In this document: one piece after another, positions 38,641-48,781 of the stretch
How positions within the stretch are numbered: position 1 is the first letter of the stretch
Layout of the letters: each line of letters opens with the position of its first letter
Assembly (NCBI GenBank): GCA_947564465.1
Contig: CANOCV010000010.1
Location: 6,027-70,026, forward strand
Reading direction: 5' to 3'
Source of the DNA: an uncultured Roseburia sp.
GTDB lineage: Bacteria > Bacillota > Clostridia > Lachnospirales > Lachnospiraceae
DNA: 64,000 nt
Program-made: the position numbers and the translations under genes
The notes under the pieces: model-generated
The model's input: the letters and a program-made list of their open reading frames with translations, nothing else
What the model was told of the DNA's origin: nothing
Databases searched by the model: none

Positions 38641-38694
38641 GTGACAATTTTGTCACTTTAATGTCACCGTCATGTCATTTCCCCCGGGTACAAT
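38641..38694 (+). promoter_or_regulatory. response-regulator operator plus promoter of the ABC genes
   Basis: GTGACA-ATTT-TGTCAC inverted repeat (38641-38656). Further half-sites TGTCAC (38662) and TGTCAT (38673), so three half-sites phased at 11 bp. TACAAT -10 at 38689-38694 with a poor -35. Confidence 0.65.
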
Positions 38695-38771
38695 AAAAAC
38701 CGAAAAACAACGAAACAAACTGTATGCCCAACTCTGGACAGAACAGTCAATAAAAAGGAGATTATCTGAAA

Positions 38772-39455
38772 ATGGAAATTTTAAGAGCAGAAAATTTAAC
38801 GAAAATCTACGGAAATGGTGATAACCGTGTGGTGGCTTTAGACCATGTATCTTTTTCCGTCAACAAAGGTGAATTTCTTGCCATCATTGGCCCTTCCGGT
38901 TCCGGCAAATCTACATTGCTGCACATTTTAGGCGGCGTGGATACGCCAAGCTCAGGAAATGTCTATGTAGAGGGCTGCGATGTTTATTCCCAGAAAGAAA
39001 ACGCGCTTGCGATCTTTCGCAGACGCCAGGTGGGATTAATTTATCAGTTTTACAATCTAATACCTGTCTTGAATGTAATTGAAAATATCACGCTTCCGGT
39101 ACTGATGGACGGACGCAAGGTCAACGAAGAGCGTTTGGCGGAGCTTCTTGAAATCTTATCTCTTAAAGGCCGGGAAAACCATCTGCCAAACCAATTGTCG
39201 GGCGGACAGCAGCAGCGTGTTTCCATCGGGCGTGCTTTAATGAACGCTCCGTCTGTCGTTCTCGCGGACGAACCGACAGGAAATCTGGATTCCAAAAACA
39301 GCCAGGAAATTGTAGAACTGCTAAAATATTCCAACAAAAAATACAAGCAGACTCTGATTGTAATCACACATGATGAAAATATTGCGCTCCAAGCCGATCG
39401 CATTATCGCGATAGAGGACGGAAAAATCACAAGAGACGAGGTGGTTCGCTCATGA
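38772..39455 (+). CDS. ABC transporter ATP-binding protein (MacB/BceA type)
   Basis: Walker A GPSGSGKST, Q-loop, signature LSGGQQQRVSIGRAL, Walker B VVLADEPTGNLD. Confidence 0.95.
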   Translation: MEILRAENLTKIYGNGDNRVVALDHVSFSVNKGEFLAIIGPSGSGKSTLLHILGGVDTPSSGNVYVEGCDVYSQKENALAIFRRRQVGLIYQFYNLIPVLNVIENITLPVLMDGRKVNEERLAELLEILSLKGRENHLPNQLSGGQQQRVSIGRALMNAPSVVLADEPTGNLDSKNSQEIVELLKYSNKKYKQTLIVITHDENIALQADRIIAIEDGKITRDEVVRS

Positions 39456-42130
39456 GTATTTTTCAAAAAATTACACTGGCAAATTTAAAAAAGAACCGGA
39501 CACGTACTCTGGTAACAATTATCGGCATCATTCTCTCTGCCGCCATGTTCACAGCAGTTACTACCAGCATTTCCTCTCTGCAGCGATATCTGAAAGACTA
39601 TTATATCGATAAGGACGGAAGCTGGTATGGCGCCCTCTTGCATCTCACTGCCGAAAAAACGAACGATTTGTTGGATGAAAAAGAAATCTCGGATTCCGTA
39701 ATCTTAGATCAGATCGGCTATGCTTTGCTAAACGACTGCGCAAACAGCTATAAGCCTTACCTGTATATCTGCGGAACGCCAAAAAACGTAACCGATCTGC
39801 TGCCGATTCATATAACAAGCGGACGGATGCCCAAGAATGATTCCGAGCTTTTATTGCCGGAGCATTTGGCCGACAACGGAGGCGTTACCTATGAGCTCGG
39901 TGACACTCTGGATCTGGAACTTGGGATACGCCTTGACGAAGAAAAAAACGATTTGGGCAACGTCACCTCACTTATGGTCGAGGGTGGAGAAGAACAAAAT
40001 TACAACGAAAACGCTTCTGTTACTTTAACTGAGACTTTTCAAAAAACCTTTGAACAATCATATACCGTCGTGGGTTTTTATGAACGTCCTTCTTTTGAGA
40101 ATTATTCCGCACCCGGCTACACTGCACTGACCGCATCAGCCGGAGGCATGGATACTTACCACGACGTCTATTTCCGTCTGAAAAACGGAAAAATGCTTTC
40201 CGCATTTTTAGACAGCCACGCGGACGAATACAGCACTCTAAATTACAGCCTGATGCGGATGTACGGATACTCCGGCGAAAGCAGCTTTAATAATGTTCTT
40301 CTTTCTCTCGGCGCAATCCTAATCGCAATCATTGTTTTCGGGTCCATTTCGCTGATCTACAATGCATTTTCCATTTCCATCAGCGAACGCACAAAGCAGT
40401 TTGGACTGCTTTCTTCTATCGGAGCAACCCGCAGACAGCTTATCACAAGCGTGCTCTTTGAAGCCGCTTACCTTTGCCTGATTGCAATTCCGCTTGGAAT
40501 CTTATCCGGGCTTGTCGGAATCGGCGTCACATTTTATTTTACCGGTGATATGATCGCGGGCTTCTATGCCTCCGACAGCAACGTCACCTTAAGGCTGCAC
40601 CCTTCCGTCTCTGCCCTGGTCATTTCCGCCGCCATCGCGTTTTTAACGGTTTTGATTTCGGCATATCTGCCGGCCAGACGCGCGCTTAAAATCTCCGCAA
40701 TTGACGCAATCCGTCAGACCGGAGATATTGCAATTCGGCCGGGGAAGGTAAAAACATGGAAAATTACGGAAAGGCTCTTCAAATTTGAAGGTATGCTTGC
40801 CTCCAAGAATTATAAGCGCAGTCGGAAAAAATACCGCGCAACCGTAATTTCGCTGTTTTTAAGCATTGTACTATTTATTTCCGCGAGCAGCTTTTGCGCT
40901 TACCTCACAACCTCTGTCGGCAGTATCTACAACGACCATGAGTATGACCTTCGATACTATTTAACTCCCACAGAGGATTATTCTCCGGATGACTTTATAG
41001 AAGACATTTCTTCTGTGAAAGGGTTGAAAAACATTGCTTACTCGGCAAGCTTTTTTACAACAATGACTGCCGACGACGAGTTCTTAAGCAAGGAATATCT
41101 TTCTTACCGGCAGTCAATTGCCGAACACTACGAGCAGAACTATCCCGGGGAAGAAGTCCCGCAAATGCAGCTTTCCGTCGCCTTTGTACAAGATTCCGCA
41201 TTCAAAGAGCTTTTGGAACAAAACGGGCTTTCGGAGGAAGATTATTTTGACACACAAAGACCGCTTGGCCTGCTTATGGATTCTTTGCATATTTATAATT
41301 CGACAGACCAGAAATACCGTGATTTTGCAATGTTTTCCGATAAAACCATACCGGAACTTTCCGTCATGCCATGGCCTCTCACTGACAGCGGGGATTATGA
41401 CGAAACCTTCCTGTTTCCTATGGAAGTCGGGGCTAAAACCGAAACGATTCCAGCCGGCGTTTCAAGCTATGGGGATGATCCTCAGCTCTTCTATCCTTAT
41501 ACCATGCTGTCTGCAGTGTTTTCTTCACTGGACGATACGAAAGAATATGGAAATATTCCGAATCTTCCCCTGGAGAGTAACATAACCGTAGCGATTGGCA
41601 TACGCTGCGAGGATCACCAACAGGCATACACCGATATCACGGAAATCCTGGAAAAAAATTCAAGGTCCGCGGATTCGCTGTACGATCTTTCCGCGTCCGC
41701 AGAGGAAGAGCGCGCTATGATCACTGTCATCAATATTTTTTCTTATGGATTTATTATTTTGATTTCGCTGATTGCCGCCGCCAATGTATTTAACACAATT
41801 TCAACGAATATCATGCTTCGGAAACGTGAATTTGCCATGTTAAGGTCCGTAGGGCTTACGCCTTTGGGATTCGGAAAAATGATGCGGTTTGAATGCCTGT
41901 TGTACGGCTGCAAGGGGCTCCTGTATGGACTTCCGGCCTCTTTCCTTGTCACCTGGCTGATCTACCGCTCAATCGCAAACGGGCTTGAAATGGGATTTTT
42001 TATTCCGTGGTACAGTATCGCAATCGCCGTCGGCAGCGTATTTGCAGTTGTGGGAGCGACTATGATTTACTCCATGCGCCGGCTTGCAAAAGAAAATACG
42101 ATTGATGCATTGAAAAATGAGAACCTGTAA
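39452..42130 (+). CDS. large FtsX-family ABC permease with duplicated (MacB-like) halves
   Basis: 892 aa ORF. TM1, a large extracytoplasmic region (about aa 45-285) and an FtsX TM bundle; then a second TM, extracytoplasmic region (about aa 490-750) and FtsX bundle. 4-nt overlap with the ATPase gene. Confidence 0.88.
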   Translation: MSIFQKITLANLKKNRTRTLVTIIGIILSAAMFTAVTTSISSLQRYLKDYYIDKDGSWYGALLHLTAEKTNDLLDEKEISDSVILDQIGYALLNDCANSYKPYLYICGTPKNVTDLLPIHITSGRMPKNDSELLLPEHLADNGGVTYELGDTLDLELGIRLDEEKNDLGNVTSLMVEGGEEQNYNENASVTLTETFQKTFEQSYTVVGFYERPSFENYSAPGYTALTASAGGMDTYHDVYFRLKNGKMLSAFLDSHADEYSTLNYSLMRMYGYSGESSFNNVLLSLGAILIAIIVFGSISLIYNAFSISISERTKQFGLLSSIGATRRQLITSVLFEAAYLCLIAIPLGILSGLVGIGVTFYFTGDMIAGFYASDSNVTLRLHPSVSALVISAAIAFLTVLISAYLPARRALKISAIDAIRQTGDIAIRPGKVKTWKITERLFKFEGMLASKNYKRSRKKYRATVISLFLSIVLFISASSFCAYLTTSVGSIYNDHEYDLRYYLTPTEDYSPDDFIEDISSVKGLKNIAYSASFFTTMTADDEFLSKEYLSYRQSIAEHYEQNYPGEEVPQMQLSVAFVQDSAFKELLEQNGLSEEDYFDTQRPLGLLMDSLHIYNSTDQKYRDFAMFSDKTIPELSVMPWPLTDSGDYDETFLFPMEVGAKTETIPAGVSSYGDDPQLFYPYTMLSAVFSSLDDTKEYGNIPNLPLESNITVAIGIRCEDHQQAYTDITEILEKNSRSADSLYDLSASAEEERAMITVINIFSYGFIILISLIAAANVFNTISTNIMLRKREFAMLRSVGLTPLGFGKMMRFECLLYGCKGLLYGLPASFLVTWLIYRSIANGLEMGFFIPWYSIAIAVGSVFAVVGATMIYSMRRLAKENTIDALKNENL

Positions 42131-42170
42131 TGGTATACTGAGGTTAACGATTATTTGGAAAGGACCTGCC

Positions 42171-42974
42171 ATGCTTGCCGGAGTTTACCTTGCGAAAAAA
42201 AAGGACGGTAGCGTTTACTACCGCTCGAATATCACTTACAACAATAAACATATCAGCCTTGGAAGCTTTGACACGGAACAAAAGGCTCACGAAGCCTACA
42301 AAGAAGCCGGCGACATTCTTACCGCAAAGAATGTCGCTCCGGCTGACTGTTTCCGCGAATATAAGATTCTTGGCTTTGATAAAATCGTCTCACTCGCCAA
42401 CTTTCGGGACAACAAGATTTACATCAAAAACCCCATTTATCTTCGGACAAAATATTTTCTCTATTATCTGTCTGCCCTCGAGGAACTGAAATTTGATACA
42501 GACGACCTTTTTTTCTATTCGAGCCACAAAATTTTAAAAAGGCAGGGTCATTTGTACGTCAACGACTACGGAATGCAGCTCTCAATACTCTCCCGCTACG
42601 GCATCAAAAATTACGCCGTAGCGGGCAAGGATTATAAATTTGCCAACGGCGATCCTCTTGACTACCGCTATTCCAATATTGTTGTCATCAACAAGTACAC
42701 CGGTGTCACTGCCGTAGAGAAAAACGGAACGACACGTTACCGTGTCCAGATTCACCTAAACGGAAACCACAAGATTGGCACATATTCCACGGAGACGAAA
42801 GCCGCCGTCGCTTACAACAAAGCCGCAGACCTGGCAGCCGCGCATGGCATTGCGAAGAACCATACACAAAACTATGTATTAGAGCTTACCGCAAGAGAAT
42901 ACGCCGATGTCTACACAAACATCAAAATTTCCTCTAAATATATCGAATATCTGAAAAATGCCGCTCTGGCCTGA
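42171..42974 (+). CDS. protein with two AP2/integrase-type DNA-binding domains
   Basis: N-terminal AGVYLAKKKDGSVYYRSNITYNNKHISLGSFDTEQKAHEAYKEA and C-terminal TGVTAVEKNGTTRYRVQIHLNGNHKIGTYSTETKAAVAYNKAA both fit the three-strand-plus-helix AP2 pattern. Start set at the internal ATG 42171. Confidence 0.6.
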   Translation: MLAGVYLAKKKDGSVYYRSNITYNNKHISLGSFDTEQKAHEAYKEAGDILTAKNVAPADCFREYKILGFDKIVSLANFRDNKIYIKNPIYLRTKYFLYYLSALEELKFDTDDLFFYSSHKILKRQGHLYVNDYGMQLSILSRYGIKNYAVAGKDYKFANGDPLDYRYSNIVVINKYTGVTAVEKNGTTRYRVQIHLNGNHKIGTYSTETKAAVAYNKAADLAAAHGIAKNHTQNYVLELTAREYADVYTNIKISSKYIEYLKNAALA

Positions 42975-42993
42975 TAATTCCTCTGTATATTAC

Positions 42994-43030
42994 AAAAGAA
43001 TCCGGCTCTGCCGGATTCTTTTGTTGTTTT
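42994..43030. terminator. bidirectional intrinsic terminator (AP2 gene / leuD)
   Basis: AGAATCCGG-CTCTG-CCGGATTCT flanked by AAAA and TTTTGTTGTTTT. Confidence 0.85.
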
Positions 43031-43517
43031 ACTTTTGGTTAATATAATTTACAAGTCCTTCACAGTCTATAATTTTCTGCATAAAAGGCGGAAACGCCTG
43101 TCCCCGGAATGTGGTTCCCTTCGTCTTATTCGTGATAACTCCGGTATCAAAATCCACTTCTACCTCATCTCCCGCTTCGATTCCTCTCGACGCCTCGGGA
43201 CACTCTATAATCGGCAGCCCGATATTGATTGCGTTGCGGTAAAAGATTCTTGCAAAGGTCTCTGCAATTACGCAGCTCACCCCGGCCGCTTTAATTGCAA
43301 TCGGCGCATGTTCTCTGGAAGAACCGCACCCAAAGTTTTTATCCGCCACAATGATATCGCCTGCCTGTACTTTATTTACAAATTCTTTATCGATATCCTC
43401 CATACAATGCGCTGCAAGCTCTTTCGGGTCCGAGGAATTCAGGTATCTTGCAGGAATGATTACATCGGTATCTACATTATCACCATATTTAAATACTACG
43501 CCGCATGCTGCTTTCAT
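43029..43517 (-). CDS. leuD: 3-isopropylmalate dehydratase small subunit (LeuD family)
   Basis: 162 aa short form. ...[15 protein letters not shown]..., [12 protein letters not shown]. Confidence 0.88.
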   Translation of the reverse strand: MKAACGVVFKYGDNVDTDVIIPARYLNSSDPKELAAHCMEDIDKEFVNKVQAGDIIVADKNFGCGSSREHAPIAIKAAGVSCVIAETFARIFYRNAINIGLPIIECPEASRGIEAGDEVEVDFDTGVITNKTKGTTFRGQAFPPFMQKIIDCEGLVNYINQK

Positions 43518-43528
43518 CTTCTTCCCTC

Positions 43529-44788
43529 CTATATTTCATCCGGACTTGATATTTTTCCGGTAATGGCGCTTGCTGCCGCAACTGCCGGGCTTGCAAGATA
43601 AATTTCGGAATCCACATGACCCATGCGCCCCACAAAATTACGGTTCGTTGTGGATATACAGCGCTCGTTTTCCGCAAGGATTCCCATATACCCTCCGAGA
43701 CACGGTCCGCAGGTCGGTGTGCTGACAATCGCTCCGGCTTCAATAAAGGTGCGGATATATCCGGCCTCCATGGCATCCAGATAGATCTGCTGTGTCGCCG
43801 GTATCACAATCACACGCACTCCCTTTTTCACTTTCTTTCCCGCCAAAACAGATGCCGCAATCCTCAAATCCTCAAGCCTTCCGTTGGTGCACGAGCCGAT
43901 AACAACCTGATCAATGGCTATGTCCCCGACCTTGTCAATCGTCTTTGTATTTTCCGGCAAGTGCGGGAATGCCACGGTCGGTTTTAAGGTACTTAAATCA
44001 ATCGTATACTCCTCTTCATATTCCGCGTCTTCGTCCGCCTCATACACGGTATACGGACGCTTTGAATGCTCTTGCATGTATGCCTTCGCCACGTCATCCA
44101 CCGGGAAGATTCCGTTTTTGCCTCCCGCTTCAATTGCCATATTCGCAATTGTAAAACGGTCATCCATACTTAAATACTGTATCCCCTCTCCGGTGAACTC
44201 CATAGACTTATAAAGCGCGCCGTCCACGCCGATCATCCCGATAATGTGCAAAATCACATCCTTGCCGCTAACCCATTTTGCAGGCTTGCCGACAATGTTA
44301 AATTTAATCGCGGAAGGCACCTTAAACCACGCCTTTCCCGTCGCCATTCCGGCAGCCATATCCGTGCTTCCCACTCCTGTCGAAAAAGCGCCCAGCGCAC
44401 CGTAGGTGCATGTGTGGGAATCGGCTCCGATAATAACGTCTCCCGCTACCGTCAAACCTTTTTCCGGAAGCAGCGCATGCTCAATGCCCATCTCTCCCAC
44501 ATCAAAATAATTTGTAATGTCGTGCTTACAGGCAAATTCCCGTACGCATTTGCAATGCTGCGCCGATTTTATGTCTTTGTTCGGGACAAAATGATCCAGC
44601 ACAAGCGCAATCTTATCCTTATGGAACACTCCGTCCACCTTCATTTTATCCATCTCATGTATGGCGACCGGTGACGTAATATCATTTCCAAGCACCAGAT
44701 CAAGATCGGCTTCGATCAGCTGGCCTGCGGTTACGGTTTCCAGTCCCGCATGTGCCGCAAGAATTTTCTGCGTCATTGTCATTCCCAT
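43529..44788 (-). CDS. leuC: 3-isopropylmalate dehydratase large subunit (LeuC family)
   Basis: [15 protein letters not shown] start with AGGAGG RBS. Aconitase-family Cys ligands ([24 protein letters not shown]). Confidence 0.88.
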   Translation of the reverse strand: MGMTMTQKILAAHAGLETVTAGQLIEADLDLVLGNDITSPVAIHEMDKMKVDGVFHKDKIALVLDHFVPNKDIKSAQHCKCVREFACKHDITNYFDVGEMGIEHALLPEKGLTVAGDVIIGADSHTCTYGALGAFSTGVGSTDMAAGMATGKAWFKVPSAIKFNIVGKPAKWVSGKDVILHIIGMIGVDGALYKSMEFTGEGIQYLSMDDRFTIANMAIEAGGKNGIFPVDDVAKAYMQEHSKRPYTVYEADEDAEYEEEYTIDLSTLKPTVAFPHLPENTKTIDKVGDIAIDQVVIGSCTNGRLEDLRIAASVLAGKKVKKGVRVIVIPATQQIYLDAMEAGYIRTFIEAGAIVSTPTCGPCLGGYMGILAENERCISTTNRNFVGRMGHVDSEIYLASPAVAAASAITGKISSPDEI

Positions 44789-44978
44789 ATGAATGTCCTC
44801 CTTCATTTCTTAATTTTATGTGAGTGTATGATATCTATGTTGCCATTCTAGCATAGATAATGATATAATGGAAATACATAATAAATATGTTTGCTATGAT
44901 TTGAAGTTATGGTATCAGGGCAGCTTGTCTGAACTGTTACAAGTTATGAAAGAATAACGTCATTGAAAGGAGACAATT

Positions 44979-45881
44979 ATGGTACAAAGTCTTTCCTGCT
45001 ACCGGATTTTTTACACCGTAGCCAAAACCAAAAATATTTCTAAAGCCGCGAAGGAGCTTTATATCAGCCAGCCGGCCATCAGCAAGTCTATCCAGAAGCT
45101 GGAGGACAATTTAGGCTGCGAACTGTTTCGGCGCAGCTCCAGAGGGGTTCTTTTGACAGAGGAAGGAGCGCTTCTCTATACGCATGTCAGCGCTGCCTTT
45201 GAAACGCTCGCGCTCGGCGAGGATAAATTAAAAAATTCTTTAGAGCTTGGCATGGGACATTTAAAAATCGGCGTCAGCTCCACCCTTTGCAGATATATCC
45301 TTCTCCCCTATTTAAAAGAATTTACAAAGCATTATCCGCATATCAATATTTCAATTGCCTGCCAGTCCTCCAACGAAACGCTTCGCCTGCTGGAGGAGAA
45401 CAAAATTGATGTTGGATTAATCGGCAAACCGTCAGGCTTAAAGACCACCGATTTTTTTCGCCTTGCAGAGATTGAGGATATCTTCGTGGCGACTAAAACA
45501 TATCTCGACAATTTGAAAAAGCGCGGCATGGAATCGGACTCCATTCTCTCCAACTCCACACTCATGCTGCTCGATAAAAATAATATGACCAGACAGTATA
45601 TTGACGATTACTTACAGGAGCATCAAATTGCCGTCCGCGATTCCATCGAAATCTCTTCCATGGATCTGCTGATAGAATTTGCCAAAATCAATCTCGGCGT
45701 CGCCTGCGTCATCCGCGAGTTTGTTAAACAGGAGCTTGCCGACGGAACCTTCGTCGAAATCCCTCCGGGATTTCCGATGCATAAACGCGAGGTCGGATTC
45801 GCCTACAAAAAAACGTTAAAGCCTTCAAAATCATTAGAATTGTTTATTCATTTTTATCATACTTACAAGCCGGAAGGGTAA
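44979..45881 (+). CDS. LysR-family transcriptional regulator, divergent from leuCD
   Basis: N-terminal HTH FYTVAKTKNISKAAKELYISQPAISKSIQKLE. About 200 aa LysR substrate-binding domain. Confidence 0.9.
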   Translation: MVQSLSCYRIFYTVAKTKNISKAAKELYISQPAISKSIQKLEDNLGCELFRRSSRGVLLTEEGALLYTHVSAAFETLALGEDKLKNSLELGMGHLKIGVSSTLCRYILLPYLKEFTKHYPHINISIACQSSNETLRLLEENKIDVGLIGKPSGLKTTDFFRLAEIEDIFVATKTYLDNLKKRGMESDSILSNSTLMLLDKNNMTRQYIDDYLQEHQIAVRDSIEISSMDLLIEFAKINLGVACVIREFVKQELADGTFVEIPPGFPMHKREVGFAYKKTLKPSKSLELFIHFYHTYKPEG

Positions 45882-45908
45882 CTTGTCCCTTCCGGCTTCT
45901 CATAAATT

Positions 45909-47147
45909 CTAATCTCGTCCAAACAAATCCCGTGTATAAACTTTATCCATCACATCATCCAGACTTTTATCGTACCTGTTTGCAACTATACTGTCACTTA
46001 TCGCTTTGAACCGTTTTAAATCATTCACAATTCTGCTCCCGAAAAATGTTTCTCCGTCCTTCAACGTCGGTTCATAAATAATCACAGCAGCGCCCTTAGC
46101 CTTAATTCGTTTCATAATTCCCTGTATAGATGACTGCCGAAAGTTGTCCGAATTCGATTTCATTGTCAGTCTGTATACGCCGACAATAATTTCTTTTTCC
46201 GAATCCACGCTCCATTCATTGTTGTTGGAATAACTGTAATATCCTGCTCTCTCTAACACCCGATCCGCTATAAAATCCTTACGCGTTCTATTACTCTCTA
46301 CAATAGCAGACATCATATTTTGTGGCACATCTTCATAATTCGCCAATAACTGTTTCGTATCTTTTGGCAGGCAGTAACCCCCATAACCAAACGACGGATT
46401 ATTGTAATGCTCTCCGATTCTGGGATCCAGGCATACACCGGTAATAATTTGCCGGCTGTCCAATCCTTTCAGCTCCGCATAAGTGTCTAACTCGTTAAAA
46501 TAGGAGACTCTCAGCGCCAAATATGTATTTGCAAACAGCTTCACGGCTTCTGCCTCTGTGAACCCCATAATTAACGTATCAATATTTTCCTTAATTGCCC
46601 CCTCCTGTAAAAGGGCGGCAAAGGTTTTCGCTTCTTTCACCAGCCGTTTATCATTTAAGTCGGTACCTACAATAATCCTGGAGGGATACAGATTATCATA
46701 TAAAGCTCTTGATTCACGTAAAAATTCCGGACTAAAAATAATATTCCTGCTTCCCGTTTTCTTACGAATACGCTCTGTATATCCGACTGGAATTGTCGAC
46801 TTAATTATCATAATCGCGCTTGAATTGCACTTCATTACCGAATCAATCACAGCCTCTACCGCAGAAGTATCAAAAAAATTCTTTTTGCTGTCATAATTTG
46901 TCGGAACAGAAATAATAACATAATCTGCCGCTTTATAAGCGGCTTCCTCATCCAAAGTAGCGACCAAACTCAAATCCTTTTCTTCCAGATACTCTTTTAT
47001 GTAGTCGTCCTGAATCGGCGATTTCCTATTATTAATTAATTCTACTTTTTCCGGAACAATATCTACCGCGGACACTTCATTATTCTGCGCTAATAATACA
47101 GCGATTGAAAGTCCGACATATCCTGTTCCCGCTACTACGATTTTCAT
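45909..47147 (-). CDS. ugd: UDP-glucose 6-dehydrogenase
   Basis: [14 protein letters not shown] Rossmann fold. Catalytic-Cys motif [14 protein letters not shown]. Last gene of the polysaccharide operon. Confidence 0.88.
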   Translation of the reverse strand: MKIVVAGTGYVGLSIAVLLAQNNEVSAVDIVPEKVELINNRKSPIQDDYIKEYLEEKDLSLVATLDEEAAYKAADYVIISVPTNYDSKKNFFDTSAVEAVIDSVMKCNSSAIMIIKSTIPVGYTERIRKKTGSRNIIFSPEFLRESRALYDNLYPSRIIVGTDLNDKRLVKEAKTFAALLQEGAIKENIDTLIMGFTEAEAVKLFANTYLALRVSYFNELDTYAELKGLDSRQIITGVCLDPRIGEHYNNPSFGYGGYCLPKDTKQLLANYEDVPQNMMSAIVESNRTRKDFIADRVLERAGYYSYSNNNEWSVDSEKEIIVGVYRLTMKSNSDNFRQSSIQGIMKRIKAKGAAVIIYEPTLKDGETFFGSRIVNDLKRFKAISDSIVANRYDKSLDDVMDKVYTRDLFGRD

Positions 47148-47191
47148 TCAATCCCTTCTTCCTCAAATCAAATTCAAGCGGCTCATATCAA

Positions 47192-48757
47192 CTACTTAAT
47201 TTGTCTTTTATAGATTAAAAATTTTTTCAGTTTTTCCATCTTTATTACGTCCAAAAACCAATTGATCGAATCATTATATTCCTTTGAAAAACAAAAAAGC
47301 ATAATCCAGATCATATTAGGTAAGATGCAGCATATTACTGTCAAAATAAAAAATCCCATTATCCCATCCATTTGAATTATAGATGTCACCTTATAGGTAA
47401 TGCATGCGCTGAAAATAGTTGCCGCTAAATATTTAAAATTTTGAATATAAAAACTCTTTGATGAAATACCTTTAAAATAATATTTATAAACGATCTGTGT
47501 ACTCAAAACATAATTAAAAATAAGCAGCGAAATGATCGTAGCCGCTATAATTCCCATAACTCCAAAATATCTCGCAAGGATCCAATTAAGCGCTACATTT
47601 GCAACCGTCTCTCCGATCGCCCGATATCTTTGCTGCCAATATAGGCCGGCTCCCTGCAAATATATGATTCTTATATCACCCAGCTTCAGAACATAATAGT
47701 ATAGACAAAATAAAACAACTGTTTTTATATCAAAAAGATAGTCCTTCCCAACCCATAAAACCATAAACGGCTGTATCAAACAAAACAAACATGTAGTTGT
47801 CCAACTGCTCATCCACATGTACAAAAAATTGATTCTATTCATTTCTTTATGATTTTTTTCCACCGTCTCTGTCGCAATACTATTACCGATAATAGACGCA
47901 ATGGAACTAGGCATAATTGTCAGTATGGACGTCACCGCACTTATTATCATATAATAATTGCCGTACATCGCGGTCGCGACAAGACCAATATATGCGGATG
48001 TAAATACGCTATCCAGGGAATTTCTAGTAGTCTGGCATATTTTACTAACCGATAACCCAACAACATTATGGACGATCGCATTCCTCGTCTCTTTATCCAA
48101 CGAGCCCTTGCAGCAATAATCCGGATATCTTTTATCCACAACATATGACGTATAGAGGTTATTAATAAGTGTACAGACAGGTAAAACAATTAAATATAAA
48201 TAATAATTTTGTACTAAAACCAAAATAAGGATCTGGCTCACATTCAAAATAATTTTTACAGAAACATCTATTTTACTTATAATATCATTTCTCTGTAATG
48301 CCACTAGAATACTGTTTTTATACGCAAACAACCAATAGCTTATGGATGTATTTATTAGATATATAAAAAACAAAATGTGTATATTTATACCCTCCGGATA
48401 CGAATCCTTGATAAAATATTTTAAAAAGGGCATCAGAATAATTCCCACAACAAAAATCACACACCCTATGACTGCGTATATCTTTCGGAACGTATTTAAA
48501 ATTTCACATATTTTTTTCCTGTCGTTATCTGCTATCGGCTTATACATACTGTAAACAATCGCTTCACTGAACCCCAGTTCCGCTAAATTCAGCACTTGCA
48601 GAATTGCGCTAAACAGACTGTTTAAACCCAAATACCCTGCGCCTAACATCTGTATCATTACCGTACGCAAAACAAACGGAAACAGAATAGAAACAAATCT
48701 GTTTATCACTCCAAATGTTAAATTCCTTTTTGCATTTAAACTTCTTTCAAATTTCAT
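47192..48757 (-). CDS. Wzx-type polysaccharide/oligosaccharide flippase (MOP superfamily)
   Basis: About 520 aa with about 14 TM segments. N-terminus K.N..FG.IN...S.LFPF..R...I..LG..YLGLNSLF typical of Wzx. Start taken at the first ATG. Confidence 0.75.
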   Translation of the reverse strand: MKFERSLNAKRNLTFGVINRFVSILFPFVLRTVMIQMLGAGYLGLNSLFSAILQVLNLAELGFSEAIVYSMYKPIADNDRKKICEILNTFRKIYAVIGCVIFVVGIILMPFLKYFIKDSYPEGINIHILFFIYLINTSISYWLFAYKNSILVALQRNDIISKIDVSVKIILNVSQILILVLVQNYYLYLIVLPVCTLINNLYTSYVVDKRYPDYCCKGSLDKETRNAIVHNVVGLSVSKICQTTRNSLDSVFTSAYIGLVATAMYGNYYMIISAVTSILTIMPSSIASIIGNSIATETVEKNHKEMNRINFLYMWMSSWTTTCLFCLIQPFMVLWVGKDYLFDIKTVVLFCLYYYVLKLGDIRIIYLQGAGLYWQQRYRAIGETVANVALNWILARYFGVMGIIAATIISLLIFNYVLSTQIVYKYYFKGISSKSFYIQNFKYLAATIFSACITYKVTSIIQMDGIMGFFILTVICCILPNMIWIMLFCFSKEYNDSINWFLDVIKMEKLKKFLIYKRQIK

Positions 48758-48781
48758 GATCCCATTCACCAGATGCCATAT

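Noticed and set aside
44807-44978. T-box or leucine leader upstream of leuC.
   Set aside because: The 170-bp divergent region has no GGTGGTACCGCG-type T-box sequence and no terminator hairpin. It looks like a shared LysR-type control region.
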